From Anaerolineales bacterium (lineage in GTDB: Bacteria; Chloroflexota; Anaerolineae; Anaerolineales; UBA4823): DNA of 64,000 nucleotides. Within the stretch, counting starts at the first letter, position 1. Each line of letters starts with the position of its first letter. The position numbers and the translations under genes are program-made. Below, piece by piece: positions 19,838 to 29,657 of the stretch. The notes below the pieces were generated by a model. The model had not been told where the DNA came from. It made no database searches and saw only the letters and a program-made list of their open reading frames with translations. The stretch covers positions 105,037 through 169,036 of the forward strand of contig JBJYXV010000063.1 in assembly GCA_046260155.1 (NCBI GenBank). The letters run 5' to 3'.

Positions 19838-21157
19838 CTAATCCCCCGGGTTTTGAAGGACCTCTTGGGATAAATATTTCCACGAGTGTCTTTCTGTCAT
19901 TGCATGGCGGGGATACAAACGAGGATGAAGGTTGCCAAACGTGAGTTGATGGTGATCGCTTTCTTCATATGTAATGTCCTTCTCAATCACCCGCCTATCC
20001 TTGGAAGCAAATAAAATCACATCAGACTCTATTGTCCTACCGGGAAAAACAATCAGTCCCGAGCCAAGTCTGCAATTGTGACCTACGCAACTGCCAAGGA
20101 TTGGGCGATTTGCATCTTCGAGTTCATTATTACCATTACGGGCACGAATCGGAATCGGTACCAAATTAAAATCTGTGAATGTTGAACCTGCACCAATGAA
20201 GGATTTGCGACCGACAACAACCATCTGGAGACAGGTATTTTGAGCAACCATGCTGTTTTCCATGAAAGTGCTCATAAAAAGGGAGGCGCGAAAAGGTAAG
20301 AATGATCCATCTCCCACAACTGATAACATCAATTGACAGTCTTGCGAGATGTTTACGTTGTCACCAATGATACAGTTCTCGATCACTGCGCCAGCATTAA
20401 TAGTTACATTGTCGCCGATAGTTGTTGGTCCGTGGATAACAGCCTGTGGGTCGATCGTGCAATTCCTTCCAATCTTCACCAGCTCTGAACATTGAAGAAC
20501 TTGTTTTCCCTCAATTAGTGCTTTTGACAAGATACGAAGCTTATAAAAAGGATCCCTTTTTAACTGTTCTTCAAATCTCAACCCACGCTTGAACAAACCA
20601 AAGACGATATCGGCAATAAAAACATGAACCCAAGAATCGATCGCCAGCATGCTGCGAATTGGAATTTGAAATACTAAATCGGACTGGTTGAAAGCGATAT
20701 AGGGTGGGACATGGTAATTGCCCACCTCATGAGCCAGCATATCGATAATTACAGGTTCCACATCTTCGGCATACCCGTCGGGAAAATACCATAGGTCTGC
20801 CAGGAATGAATCTTCATGAGGAGTATATGAAGTTGATAGGGGTAAGGCGTGTTCTCTGAAAGCAGGATCTTTTATGGAAAAACCGGCTCTACACGGTGCT
20901 TGAGCTTTCTGAGCCTGTGCAAGGAAAGTACTGATAAAGGCAGAATCAAAATAAAGGTTATCCTGGTAGACAATAGCTGGACCTGTAAAATCTGGAATGG
21001 GATACCCCGCAGGAAGTTCAATTTCATGATCGGTGTAGGGAGACAAGATGTCCCGTTGAATTAACCAGAGCGGTTGATTTTGAATACGCAGGTCTCGCGC
21101 ACGTTCATTGAATGGGGTTATATATCGTAAATCTTTTATAATTATTTTTAACATCAC
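19838..21157 (-). CDS. Left-handed beta-helix (hexapeptide repeat) protein with degenerate nucleotidyltransferase-like N-terminus
   Basis: IGRNCTID..AVIHGPTTIGDNVTI...IENCIIGDNV repeats. Confidence 0.8.
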   Translation of the reverse strand: MMLKIIIKDLRYITPFNERARDLRIQNQPLWLIQRDILSPYTDHEIELPAGYPIPDFTGPAIVYQDNLYFDSAFISTFLAQAQKAQAPCRAGFSIKDPAFREHALPLSTSYTPHEDSFLADLWYFPDGYAEDVEPVIIDMLAHEVGNYHVPPYIAFNQSDLVFQIPIRSMLAIDSWVHVFIADIVFGLFKRGLRFEEQLKRDPFYKLRILSKALIEGKQVLQCSELVKIGRNCTIDPQAVIHGPTTIGDNVTINAGAVIENCIIGDNVNISQDCQLMLSVVGDGSFLPFRASLFMSTFMENSMVAQNTCLQMVVVGRKSFIGAGSTFTDFNLVPIPIRARNGNNELEDANRPILGSCVGHNCRLGSGLIVFPGRTIESDVILFASKDRRVIEKDITYEESDHHQLTFGNLHPRLYPRHAMTERHSWKYLSQEVLQNPGD

Positions 21158-21198
21158 AGTCTACCAGTAATTTTGATTTGGTCCTCCAGGTCGCAGAT

Positions 21199-21984
21199 TC
21201 AAACCTGATCCAGGTAAGATTTCAGGGTATTTTTAAATTGGATTGGTTCATCCAGCATTATGAAATGACCAGCACGATGAAACCTTTCAATCTGTACTCG
21301 CTGCAAATAATTATCCAAAACACTCCATTGGTTTGGATTCACGATCACATCCCGGTCTCCATACATTCCCAATACAGGCTGGTAGATGGGCGGAAGTAGA
21401 GGAGTCAGGTCAGTTTGGCGCAGTGATGATATGCTCATCAGGAACGATTCCAAGGTAATCTGATTCAGGTCTTGGTGGATCATTTCAGGCCATCTGCTTT
21501 CGCGTGTGATTACTGGAGCAGCTAAACGAATGCCAAGTTTCAGTGCGTCCATCATTTTGTAAACGAGTCTGGCGATGGAACGAATGCTGGCTAACTTTAA
21601 TAAAATGGATAAAGATGATCCCTCTACTGGTGAACCTATCACGACAACTTTACTTACTTTCTCTGGATGGTTAATAGCAACAGAAAGACTCACAGTGCCA
21701 CCCATTGAGTGACCGACCAGAGGAGCATTTCTGATCCCCAATTTCTCCATGAAATCATTTACCAACATAACGAAATCCGATACCGAGAATGATTCCCGAC
21801 GTTTGTCAGATTCACCAAATCCCCAGAAATCGATCGCATATGTACGGTATGAGCTACCAAGAAAATCCATGGTCTCTTGCCAGAGACCCCATGACTCCAA
21901 CCACCCGTGTAGTAAGATTACCGGACGCCCATGTCCATAAACTTCATAATGAACGCTACCCTGGTCAGTGATCAGCGATGACAT
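21199..21984 (-). CDS. Alpha/beta hydrolase with intact triad
   Basis: LHGW, GHSMGG, GDRD, AGHF. Confidence 0.92.
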   Translation of the reverse strand: MSSLITDQGSVHYEVYGHGRPVILLHGWLESWGLWQETMDFLGSSYRTYAIDFWGFGESDKRRESFSVSDFVMLVNDFMEKLGIRNAPLVGHSMGGTVSLSVAINHPEKVSKVVVIGSPVEGSSLSILLKLASIRSIARLVYKMMDALKLGIRLAAPVITRESRWPEMIHQDLNQITLESFLMSISSLRQTDLTPLLPPIYQPVLGMYGDRDVIVNPNQWSVLDNYLQRVQIERFHRAGHFIMLDEPIQFKNTLKSYLDQV

Positions 21985-21998
21985 GAAAACACATCTTC

Positions 21999-22550
21999 CT
22001 AATTAACAGTCTGATAATCTAGTTCCTCTAATTCGGCCAATATGCTGTAAAGGAGCTCAAGGAGAATGTGTTTGACGGACTCTTTATCCGTGGCGACACA
22101 CTCCAGGAGCTTAATATTTGATCCCAATCGCAAAGCGATGCGCATATCGTCAATTTCCCACGCATCCTCACAATCTTGCTTGTTTGCAGCGACCACGTAT
22201 GGGGTTGGTGAATAAGCGCGGAAAGTTTCCAGAATCTTTCTCGCCTCACGAAACGTCTCTGGTCGATTGCTGTCAATGATCACGACAAACCCCAGCATGC
22301 CTTCTGATAAGATCTCCCACATAAAATCAAATCTTTTTTGGCCAGGCGTTCCAAATAGATAAAGGACCATTTCATCGTCCACTGTGATGCGTCCAAAATC
22401 CATGGCAACCGTGGTGGTTTCTTTTATCCGCTCGATTTCTGAAGAAATCTTGCGTTCAGTAGATACAATATCTATCTCGCTGACAGATTTAATGAATTCA
22501 GTTTTGCCAGCATTGAACGGACCTGTAACGACCATTTTTAATGTTTGCAT
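21999..22550 (-). CDS. MglA-family (CvnD-like) small GTPase
   Basis: GPFNAGKT, TTVAMDFG, LYLFGTPGQKRF.FMW, NKQD. Confidence 0.92.
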   Translation of the reverse strand: MQTLKMVVTGPFNAGKTEFIKSVSEIDIVSTERKISSEIERIKETTTVAMDFGRITVDDEMVLYLFGTPGQKRFDFMWEILSEGMLGFVVIIDSNRPETFREARKILETFRAYSPTPYVVAANKQDCEDAWEIDDMRIALRLGSNIKLLECVATDKESVKHILLELLYSILAELEELDYQTVN

Positions 22551-22567
22551 GTCCAACAATTATCCAT

Positions 22568-23395
22568 CTACAAGGAACGAATGCGATCAATGATGCGGAA
22601 GAGTAGAGATTTTCCTTCTTCCTTATCACCATTAACAAGTTGATCTGCGAGCTGTACTGGTTTTGGAGAACCTTCTGGGGTTTCCAGACGTACCATTTCG
22701 ATGATTCCTGCCTGTACAAGGCTGTAAATCACCTGTCGAATTTGGGCATCGCTCATACCGGTCACTCTGGCAATTTGACCAATTGTATTCTTGGGATCGA
22801 CATAGGGAATTACCTGCCATTCCTCAGAGCTCAATTTCAGATTTGAAACATCGGCACTTGGACGATCGACAAACTTTACCCCGATTTCGAGGCTAGGTAT
22901 TTCGTCTTCAAGCAGTTCCAGTTCTCTAATCTGCCTTGAACCTTCAAGGATTAAATTTTCCAAACCCACCCGGACTGTGATCTTATCATCTGGAGGGAAA
23001 ATGTCTGTTTCGAAATGGAAAAAACCTTCCATCCAGGTAAATAATCGATTAACCACCTCTGAAAAATGAGCTTGTAAGCTCAGGAGAATATCTTGTTGGC
23101 TGAAGTAATTAGCATTTATTAATAGCAACCCTAATTCTTTATCGCTCATTCCATTCACATTCGTTTTGATATTGCGATATTGAGAGGGGGTTAAGAGGTG
23201 AGATTTGTGAAGGATGCCTGCAAGGCTGTTATCTTCTTGACCAGAATTGGCATAAGCCAATTTCCCATTAGTGAAAAACACCTCGACTGCCTCATTCGAC
23301 CTCTCTACAATCAGGGTTCCTGATTTTTGAGCGATGGTTATTAAATTTAGCAATTGGGCGAGTGTAAAATCGTGAAGATTTCCTTTGATTGCCAT
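22568..23395 (-). CDS. DUF4388 (PATAN-like) protein with C-terminal winged-helix-like segment
   Basis: MAIKGNL.DF.L..LL.LI...KSGTL, F..GKL.YA, LFTW.EG.F.F, LILEG.R. Confidence 0.85.
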   Translation of the reverse strand: MAIKGNLHDFTLAQLLNLITIAQKSGTLIVERSNEAVEVFFTNGKLAYANSGQEDNSLAGILHKSHLLTPSQYRNIKTNVNGMSDKELGLLLINANYFSQQDILLSLQAHFSEVVNRLFTWMEGFFHFETDIFPPDDKITVRVGLENLILEGSRQIRELELLEDEIPSLEIGVKFVDRPSADVSNLKLSSEEWQVIPYVDPKNTIGQIARVTGMSDAQIRQVIYSLVQAGIIEMVRLETPEGSPKPVQLADQLVNGDKEEGKSLLFRIIDRIRSL

Positions 23396-23488
23396 AGTAA
23401 CCTCTTGAGATTGCTAAGCGATTAGCTGAATTAATGTTGGGAAGTAAAGAACCAAAGAAGTTGTTTCCCACGTCAGTATTTGATTATC

Positions 23489-23517
23489 TTGACATGCTTT
23501 CGCCTTGTGTATATAAT
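23489..23517 (+). promoter_or_regulatory. Perfect consensus sigma70 promoter of tRNA-Asn
   Basis: TTGACA-17 nt-TATAAT. Confidence 0.92.
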
Positions 23518-23530
23518 CCATACGCTATTT

Positions 23531-23604
23531 TCCTCGGTAGCTCAATTCGGCAGAGCGGGCGGCTGTTAACCGCTAGGTTCCAGGTTCGAGTCCTGGCCGA
23601 GGAG
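23531..23604 (+). tRNA. tRNA-Asn (GTT)
   Basis: TCCTCGG/CCGAGGA acceptor stem, anticodon loop CTGTTAA, T-loop TTCGAGT; CCA not encoded. Confidence 0.97.
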
Positions 23605-23690
23605 CTGACATCTCTTTCTACCTGATAACTCCCTGCGAAAAACCATTGCGATTTTTCCAAGAAAATAAATTTTTATTGCTTGATTGTATC

Positions 23691-23723
23691 AAAAAAAGGC
23701 GTCTCAACTATTGGAGACGCCTT
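23691..23723 (-). terminator. Intrinsic terminator after the FmdB-like gene
   Basis: AAGGCGTCTC-loop-GAGACGCCTT plus T-run on the minus strand. Confidence 0.8.
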
Positions 23724-23762
23724 ACGATTGGTATACAATTCTGATAGGGTGATCAGTGATGA

Positions 23763-24071
23763 TTACTCAGTTTTCTTCTCAGAAATTGGTTTTGATTCTT
23801 TCTTTTCAGTCGCCTCACTACCCGAATCTGCTTTCGATTCACCAGACCCCTCTTCCTTGGTGCTCCCATTTTTTCGAGATACTCCAGAAGGTGAACGGTG
23901 ATCTGTTGCATAAAATCCAGAACCCTTAAAAACAATACCAACAGGTGTGTAAATTTTCCTCAGAGCTTTCTTTGAACATTCTGGACACACTGTAAGTGGT
24001 TTCTCTGAGAATTTCTGGCGACGGTCAAACCTGACACCGCAATTATCACACTGGTAAGTATAGATTGGCAT
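23763..24071 (-). CDS. FmdB-family zinc-ribbon protein
   Basis: MPIY.Y.CxxC...CPEC...FKGSGFY.TD; S/K/E-rich tail. Confidence 0.92.
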   Translation of the reverse strand: MPIYTYQCDNCGVRFDRRQKFSEKPLTVCPECSKKALRKIYTPVGIVFKGSGFYATDHRSPSGVSRKNGSTKEEGSGESKADSGSEATEKKESKPISEKKTE

Positions 24072-24115
24072 CTCATTAAATGGTAGAAAATTTAATCGGG
24101 TACGAATTGTCTGAG

Positions 24116-24144
24116 ATTATAGCGCGCATTAATCCCAAGTGCAA
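24116..24144 (-). promoter_or_regulatory. Sigma70 promoter of the FmdB-like gene
   Basis: TTGCAC-17 nt-TATAAT on the minus strand. Confidence 0.7.
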
Positions 24145-24286
24145 GGCAAGCCGCGATAGAAATTTGTTAATAATTTGTCAAATAGTTAGTCCAGAATAAG
24201 ATGAAAGAAAAGGTACCAATGCCCATTCAATTGTTGGATCGATCATGAAATAGAATGGAATCTTCAGGTAAATTTTCCAAACCTTC

Positions 24287-26626
24287 TCATTTTTGATCAA
24301 CAGAAATGGGTAAGGAAATGGCAAAGTTACTGCCTCCCGCGGGTCTTTGTTCCACCCAAATTTTTCCTTTGTGGGCTTCCACTGCTAATCGACAATAAGT
24401 TAAACCTAATCCTGAGCCACGTTTCCGACTTGGGCGGTCGGGAATTTGGAAAAAGCGGTCGAAAATTGAATGAATATACTTATCTGGAATCCCCGGTCCG
24501 CGATCGAGTACATGAATCTCAACAAATTCTTGATTTTGGAGTTCAATCGTTACCTTGATTTCTCCATCTTGGGGGCTGAACTTCAAAGCGTTATCGATGA
24601 GATTATTTAGAACGCGCTGGATCTTGTTTTTATCCAGCCTGACTGGCGGAATTTTAATATTGGAATCAAAAATTATTCTTATTCCATAGTCGATTGCCAG
24701 CGGTTTCAATTCTGCGATGGATTCGGACAATAATTCCACCAGATCTATGCTCGATAAATTCAAATCGATCCTGCCGGATTCCATGCGGTTAATTTCGAGA
24801 ATCGATTCAACCATGGCTAGCATCCGTTTCGAACTGCGTTGGGCGATCTGGATCGATGGTTCCAGGATGCCAGCTGGATCTCCACTCGCGTGAGCGTCAT
24901 AAATCACATCTAATGCACTGATCGTTGAACTCAGGGGTGAACGCAGATCGTGAACGAGCGTCTCGCTGATCAGATTTTGAGTTTGCTTCAGCTGGTATTC
25001 ATCGGTGATATCCTTCAGGTTGATGATCAAACCACTCAGGGTATTTGAACCGTCTTCGACCTGGATAATGGAACGTTCTATGAAAAGTTCGGGTGAGCGG
25101 TTAACCATCTGATACGTAATTTTCTCAGTTGTCAGGTTATGTTTTGTCATCAAGGCATCCAGAATTTTTCCGGTGCGCGCATTGGAAAAACCAATTAAGT
25201 CAGCAACCTGGGCCGGTAAATCTGTGAGTTTGTGCCCGATGAACTCGCTTTGTGGCAGACCAGTCAGAACAGAGACAGCTTCATTGATCAGGGTAATTTT
25301 TCCTTCTGCATCAATCAGCATCAGTCCATCATGGACCGAATTCAAGATTGTGGTCAATCGATCTCGCCCGATGGTGATATCCGATGAAAGTAGCGCGTTA
25401 TGCAATGCGATTTCTATCGCAACACTGGTTTGTCCCGAAAGGATACTGAGCAGGTTCATGTCATCCTGGGTGAACTCAGTATTTCTACTCATTGAGAATA
25501 ATGCAAGGCAACCAATCGTATGTTTGGAGGTAATTAAGGGTACGCCAATCCAGGCATATGGGTCATCTTCACCTGTGGGTAATCCTATCTGGGAAAGGTG
25601 CTGGCTCGCGTTATTCGCAAGTAAAATGGGTTTCGCTTCCAGGATGACCCTGTCGGTCAAGCGGTCAGTGAGCGGTCGCCTCTGCCATGTTTGCCTGATG
25701 CCGTGCTTTACCGCTAACGGGTACCAAATCTGCTGATCTACCGGATCAAGCAATGCGACGTAGAAATTGTCAACATCCAGCAAACCAGTCAATTGGACCT
25801 GGATTGAGCTCAGCAATCTTTCTAAATCAATATCGGAGCTGAGCACCTTGCTGATCGCTTCCAATGCGGATAATTCATCCAACCTGCGTTCGAGATTTTT
25901 CCTGGGTGCATCAAGATAGAATATCAATAATCCCAGCGCAAAGTTTGCCACACCGAGAATAATGATTGTCCCATCAGCGACAATTGGGTAGAGCAGCAAA
26001 GATATAAATCCAAAAAACATGGGCAGAATTTCAATCGAAATGAGCGCTAATATGTCCCAATTTTCTCTGGTAAACGGATTTGATCCAAATTTTTCCATGC
26101 TGGTGAAATACAGCAAACCATGCACAGTTCCATAAACGAGTCCAGCACCGAGAATTTCCAACCACCACAAACTTTTATTGAAGTCGAGTGCTGAGATGCC
26201 CTGATTTATGCCGAACAACAGGAAGGTGATTACGATTGTGAACGAGGTGATTCCAAAATTGAAGATTGTTCCCCACAATCTTGAAGCATTCTTCGCGGGG
26301 ATCGCCAGGAAACGGGATGGCATGAACAGGGAAAAGGTTGTTGCTGCAAAAACACCGACAAGATTTGCAGTTACCGCAAGACCAGTTCCATAAAGAAGAC
26401 CTGCCGAGAATAAGGCAATATGGATTAGAGAAAAATAATTATTAAATAGTCTCAGCGGAAGTATTTCAATCACGCCCACGATGAGGATCATAAGAACCAA
26501 TGGCATAATCTGATCCTGGTTTAATGGGGAGATTACCAATCCCAGGATCAAAGCTGCAATACTAATTATGAGAACAATGATTCGAAAAGTTCTCTGTTTG
26601 GGATCCTCTATTTTGGGCATCTGCAC
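24287..26626 (-). CDS. Multi-TM GAF-PAS sensor histidine kinase
   Basis: About 7 TM helices; VHDLRSP, NLIDNALKF, DRGPG, GSGLGL. Confidence 0.93.
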   Translation of the reverse strand: MQMPKIEDPKQRTFRIIVLIISIAALILGLVISPLNQDQIMPLVLMILIVGVIEILPLRLFNNYFSLIHIALFSAGLLYGTGLAVTANLVGVFAATTFSLFMPSRFLAIPAKNASRLWGTIFNFGITSFTIVITFLLFGINQGISALDFNKSLWWLEILGAGLVYGTVHGLLYFTSMEKFGSNPFTRENWDILALISIEILPMFFGFISLLLYPIVADGTIIILGVANFALGLLIFYLDAPRKNLERRLDELSALEAISKVLSSDIDLERLLSSIQVQLTGLLDVDNFYVALLDPVDQQIWYPLAVKHGIRQTWQRRPLTDRLTDRVILEAKPILLANNASQHLSQIGLPTGEDDPYAWIGVPLITSKHTIGCLALFSMSRNTEFTQDDMNLLSILSGQTSVAIEIALHNALLSSDITIGRDRLTTILNSVHDGLMLIDAEGKITLINEAVSVLTGLPQSEFIGHKLTDLPAQVADLIGFSNARTGKILDALMTKHNLTTEKITYQMVNRSPELFIERSIIQVEDGSNTLSGLIINLKDITDEYQLKQTQNLISETLVHDLRSPLSSTISALDVIYDAHASGDPAGILEPSIQIAQRSSKRMLAMVESILEINRMESGRIDLNLSSIDLVELLSESIAELKPLAIDYGIRIIFDSNIKIPPVRLDKNKIQRVLNNLIDNALKFSPQDGEIKVTIELQNQEFVEIHVLDRGPGIPDKYIHSIFDRFFQIPDRPSRKRGSGLGLTYCRLAVEAHKGKIWVEQRPAGGSNFAISLPISVDQK

Positions 26627-26640
26627 TATGCCGAGAATTG

Positions 26641-28539
26641 TTATTGTCTAGGCTGGTAGGTTTGTGATGGTCGAATAGTGGGACTCGGGCTTGGAGTACT
26701 TGAGACCAATGCAGGAGTCCTGGTATTTGTGGCGGTCGAAATGACCCTTGTCGGTTGAGGTGTTGAAGATGGGGTGATGGAAGGTGTCACCATGGGTGTA
26801 TCAGTAGGTGGGATGGGCGAGCTGGTCATTGTTGGTGTGGGTGTTAGTTGTATCAAGTAGGTTTCAGCTTCTTCTAGCCAGTCTGGAGGTATATCTTCTG
26901 ATTGCAGGTCAAGGAGAGCGGTGAAATCAAGAGCTGCTGAATTGAACTCTTCAATCTGATCAAAAGTCCTTGCGCGCCAATAGTATACCTCAGCTTGTTG
27001 GTACTCGGTACTGGTAAGCAGTTCACTCCCCTTGAATTGGCTTATGGCATCATCATAACGTTCGGCAAGGGATAAAGCTCGTGCGAGGCCCAGACTCGCC
27101 TGGAATGACTCCCGGTCAAAATTCCGAGCAATAAATAAATCGTTAACCGCCAGTTGTCCTTCCCCCAGCTCCAAATATGCATAACCTCGGTTGAGTAGAG
27201 CAATAAAGGAGTTTTCGTCTAATTCAAGGGCTAGGTTAAACGCCTGCATTGCCTGTTCTAATTGACCGCCGCTTTCAAACAGGGCCTGACCGTAGATCGC
27301 CCAGGTGTATGGATCATCTTTGACATAGCGCAAATATATTTCCAGGAAGTTCCTGGCCTGCCGGGTATTCCCAGATAAGAGATTTAATTCTCCCAGTGTA
27401 CGGTAAACATTTAATATTGTTTGATCAAGCTCATATGCGGTTTGGGCAGCTTCTAATGCCTGTTCATAATCCCCGGTTTGCATCAAGGCTTCGGAAAGAT
27501 ATGCATAAATCAATGGTGATTCGGGGATTATATTCTTGGCTGATTCGAGAAGAACCAAAGCCTGATCGTAATTCCCAAGGGACAAATAATATGCAATCAA
27601 GTCCAGGTGGGCAGCTGCCAGATAAGGATCGATAGCAATTGCTTGTGTTAAATCACTCTCAATATCGAAATCCGGATCAATCATGGATAACGCTCTTGCT
27701 CTTCCCAGGTAGGCAGGCGCGAAGCTCTGATTAACTTCAATAGCTTTTTCATATGCGTAAAGAGCTTTTTCCGGCTCCCCAGATAATAGATATGCTTCAC
27801 CCAGGTGGTATTGGATATCCGCCGAGTCCGGTTCTGACCTGACCGCTTGCTCCATGAAAAAAGCCATTTCTGGGTAATCCCTATTAAGAAAGGATCGAAT
27901 CCCAGCCCGGTATGCTTCTGTCACAGGATGTGGGGTATTAACATAAAGTGGTGTTGGGGTATATGTGGATTCCAGGAACATCCAAAGCGGTGTTGGCCCA
28001 ATAAAGGTTGGAGTTGGGGTGACCACACGGGGTGTGTTTGTTGGTAAAAGTGTCGCTGTAGCCTCGAGAGTGTTAAATATCGGTGTAACCGTAAAATGTT
28101 CACCTGCAATATTTCCGGCGCGACTTATCCAGGGCCCGAGGATTCCAAGGGTGATAAATCCGATGACCAATAGACTTGCCCCAATGTATATCGCAAAACG
28201 AAAGATCGTTTTTGGGCGGCTCTTTAAGCCAGTGGTTTTGTATGCGTCTTTCCAGTTGCGGGGTAATACTGGAATTGGTTGGAAATCTTTATCGGGACCT
28301 CTGACACCTTCTAGTAAAAGACCCAATAATGCAGCCCGGTTTCCAGGTTCCAGCTGGATGGTTTTTTGTAAACAATAAATTCGCTCTTTGGCTGATTCAA
28401 CGACCGAACTCATCCAAAGCCAATATTTTGGGTTTGATTGATTCGCCCGCAGGAGACGGGTCAATAGGTCCCGGGCGCGTTCCCGGTGACCATTTGCGAC
28501 AGCTTCTATCGCTTCTTGAAGCATTTTGTCGTCAGCCAT
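26641..28539 (-). CDS. Membrane-anchored TPR protein with Thr/Pro-rich linkers
   Basis: N-terminal TPR, one TM, about 9 TPR-like repeats, TP-rich tail. Confidence 0.88.
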   Translation of the reverse strand: MADDKMLQEAIEAVANGHRERARDLLTRLLRANQSNPKYWLWMSSVVESAKERIYCLQKTIQLEPGNRAALLGLLLEGVRGPDKDFQPIPVLPRNWKDAYKTTGLKSRPKTIFRFAIYIGASLLVIGFITLGILGPWISRAGNIAGEHFTVTPIFNTLEATATLLPTNTPRVVTPTPTFIGPTPLWMFLESTYTPTPLYVNTPHPVTEAYRAGIRSFLNRDYPEMAFFMEQAVRSEPDSADIQYHLGEAYLLSGEPEKALYAYEKAIEVNQSFAPAYLGRARALSMIDPDFDIESDLTQAIAIDPYLAAAHLDLIAYYLSLGNYDQALVLLESAKNIIPESPLIYAYLSEALMQTGDYEQALEAAQTAYELDQTILNVYRTLGELNLLSGNTRQARNFLEIYLRYVKDDPYTWAIYGQALFESGGQLEQAMQAFNLALELDENSFIALLNRGYAYLELGEGQLAVNDLFIARNFDRESFQASLGLARALSLAERYDDAISQFKGSELLTSTEYQQAEVYYWRARTFDQIEEFNSAALDFTALLDLQSEDIPPDWLEEAETYLIQLTPTPTMTSSPIPPTDTPMVTPSITPSSTPQPTRVISTATNTRTPALVSSTPSPSPTIRPSQTYQPRQ

Positions 28540-28633
28540 TGCGAACCTCGCAGGTCAATATAGCACAGTAAAAGTCGAGAATAATAAGCCTCATATAACT
28601 GTAAGGTTGGTTGACTGGGTTATAATCGCGGCT

Positions 28634-29611
28634 ATGTTCCTTGGGAATTACCTGAAACGACTCATGAGGTTTCTCTTGATCATGCTGTTTTTGGGGTTGG
28701 CGAGCTGCTCAACGAAAGGGACAGCTTCCCCACTTTTTGATTCAGATCCAGCCGAATTAACTCCATATTTGACCCCAACATCCACCGAAACTCAAATAGT
28801 GAAAAAATCTCAATTGGTCACCCCTACTCTGCTGCCTACTGTGACACCAACGCCCAGGGTGTATACGATTGTTGAAGGTGACACTATGCTCGCTGTGGCA
28901 ATTCGTTATGGAATTAGCCTTGAGGATCTTCAGGCTGCAAACCCGGATGTGAATGCCAGGCTGCTGGTGGTTGGAACTGATTTGGTCATTCCATTTGGCG
29001 AGAATGCACCACCTGACCCCGTGACAGCAACACCAATTCCAATTGATATTGAGATGACAAATTGTTATTCGGGGCTGGACGGTATCTGGTGTTTTGTATC
29101 GATCAAGAACGATCGAGCCAGGCCATTGGAAAATATCTCTGCTCAGATCGTCGTTTATGATGATTCTGGAGCGTTATTAACCCAGGGAACGGCAATCGGT
29201 GGTGTAAACCTGCTGCCTCCCAATGAGGAATTTCCCTTGATTGTTTTTTTCCCAGGAAGATTTCCTCCGAAAATTAAAACGACAGCGAAAGTTCTGACGG
29301 TTCAGCTATCACCCAAAGAGGATGATCGCTATATCAATGCCTGGCTCGAAGTAGATGAAATTACAACCTCGGGTGGAGGCGATCAGGCTGAGATCAGCGG
29401 AAGGTATGGAATACCGCTTAAGAGCCAACCGGGAAATCTTGCATGGCTCCTTGTGGTTGCTTATGATAGCGATGGTAATGTGGTCGGGGTCAGAAAGGAA
29501 GAGCGATTTGGTCGCTTGGAGCCCGGTTCAAGCCAAAAATTTAATATTGGGGTGTTCAGCCTCTCATCCGAAATTTCCGATGTAAAGGCGTTTGTTGAAG
29601 TGCGACCTTGA
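28634..29611 (+). CDS. LysM lipoprotein with two C-terminal Ig-like (FxLYD-like) domains
   Basis: LASC lipobox, YTIVEGDT..A.RYGIS...L.AANP; VVYDDSG and VAYDSDG; start may be 28664. Confidence 0.82.
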   Translation: MFLGNYLKRLMRFLLIMLFLGLASCSTKGTASPLFDSDPAELTPYLTPTSTETQIVKKSQLVTPTLLPTVTPTPRVYTIVEGDTMLAVAIRYGISLEDLQAANPDVNARLLVVGTDLVIPFGENAPPDPVTATPIPIDIEMTNCYSGLDGIWCFVSIKNDRARPLENISAQIVVYDDSGALLTQGTAIGGVNLLPPNEEFPLIVFFPGRFPPKIKTTAKVLTVQLSPKEDDRYINAWLEVDEITTSGGGDQAEISGRYGIPLKSQPGNLAWLLVVAYDSDGNVVGVRKEERFGRLEPGSSQKFNIGVFSLSSEISDVKAFVEVRP

Positions 29612-29657
29612 TTGTTCAATCTTCCTGAAAATGATTTTTCAGTATAAGTAATTTACT

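Noticed and set aside
19838-21157. Calling the LbH protein glmU
   Set aside because: Lacks the LAAGxGTRM nucleotidyltransferase signature and cell-wall gene context.
23434-23625. 63-aa ORF
   Set aside because: Overlaps tRNA-Asn and its promoter.
26641-28900. Thr/Pro-rich repeats as DNA tandem repeats
   Set aside because: Codons vary; these are low-complexity protein linkers.
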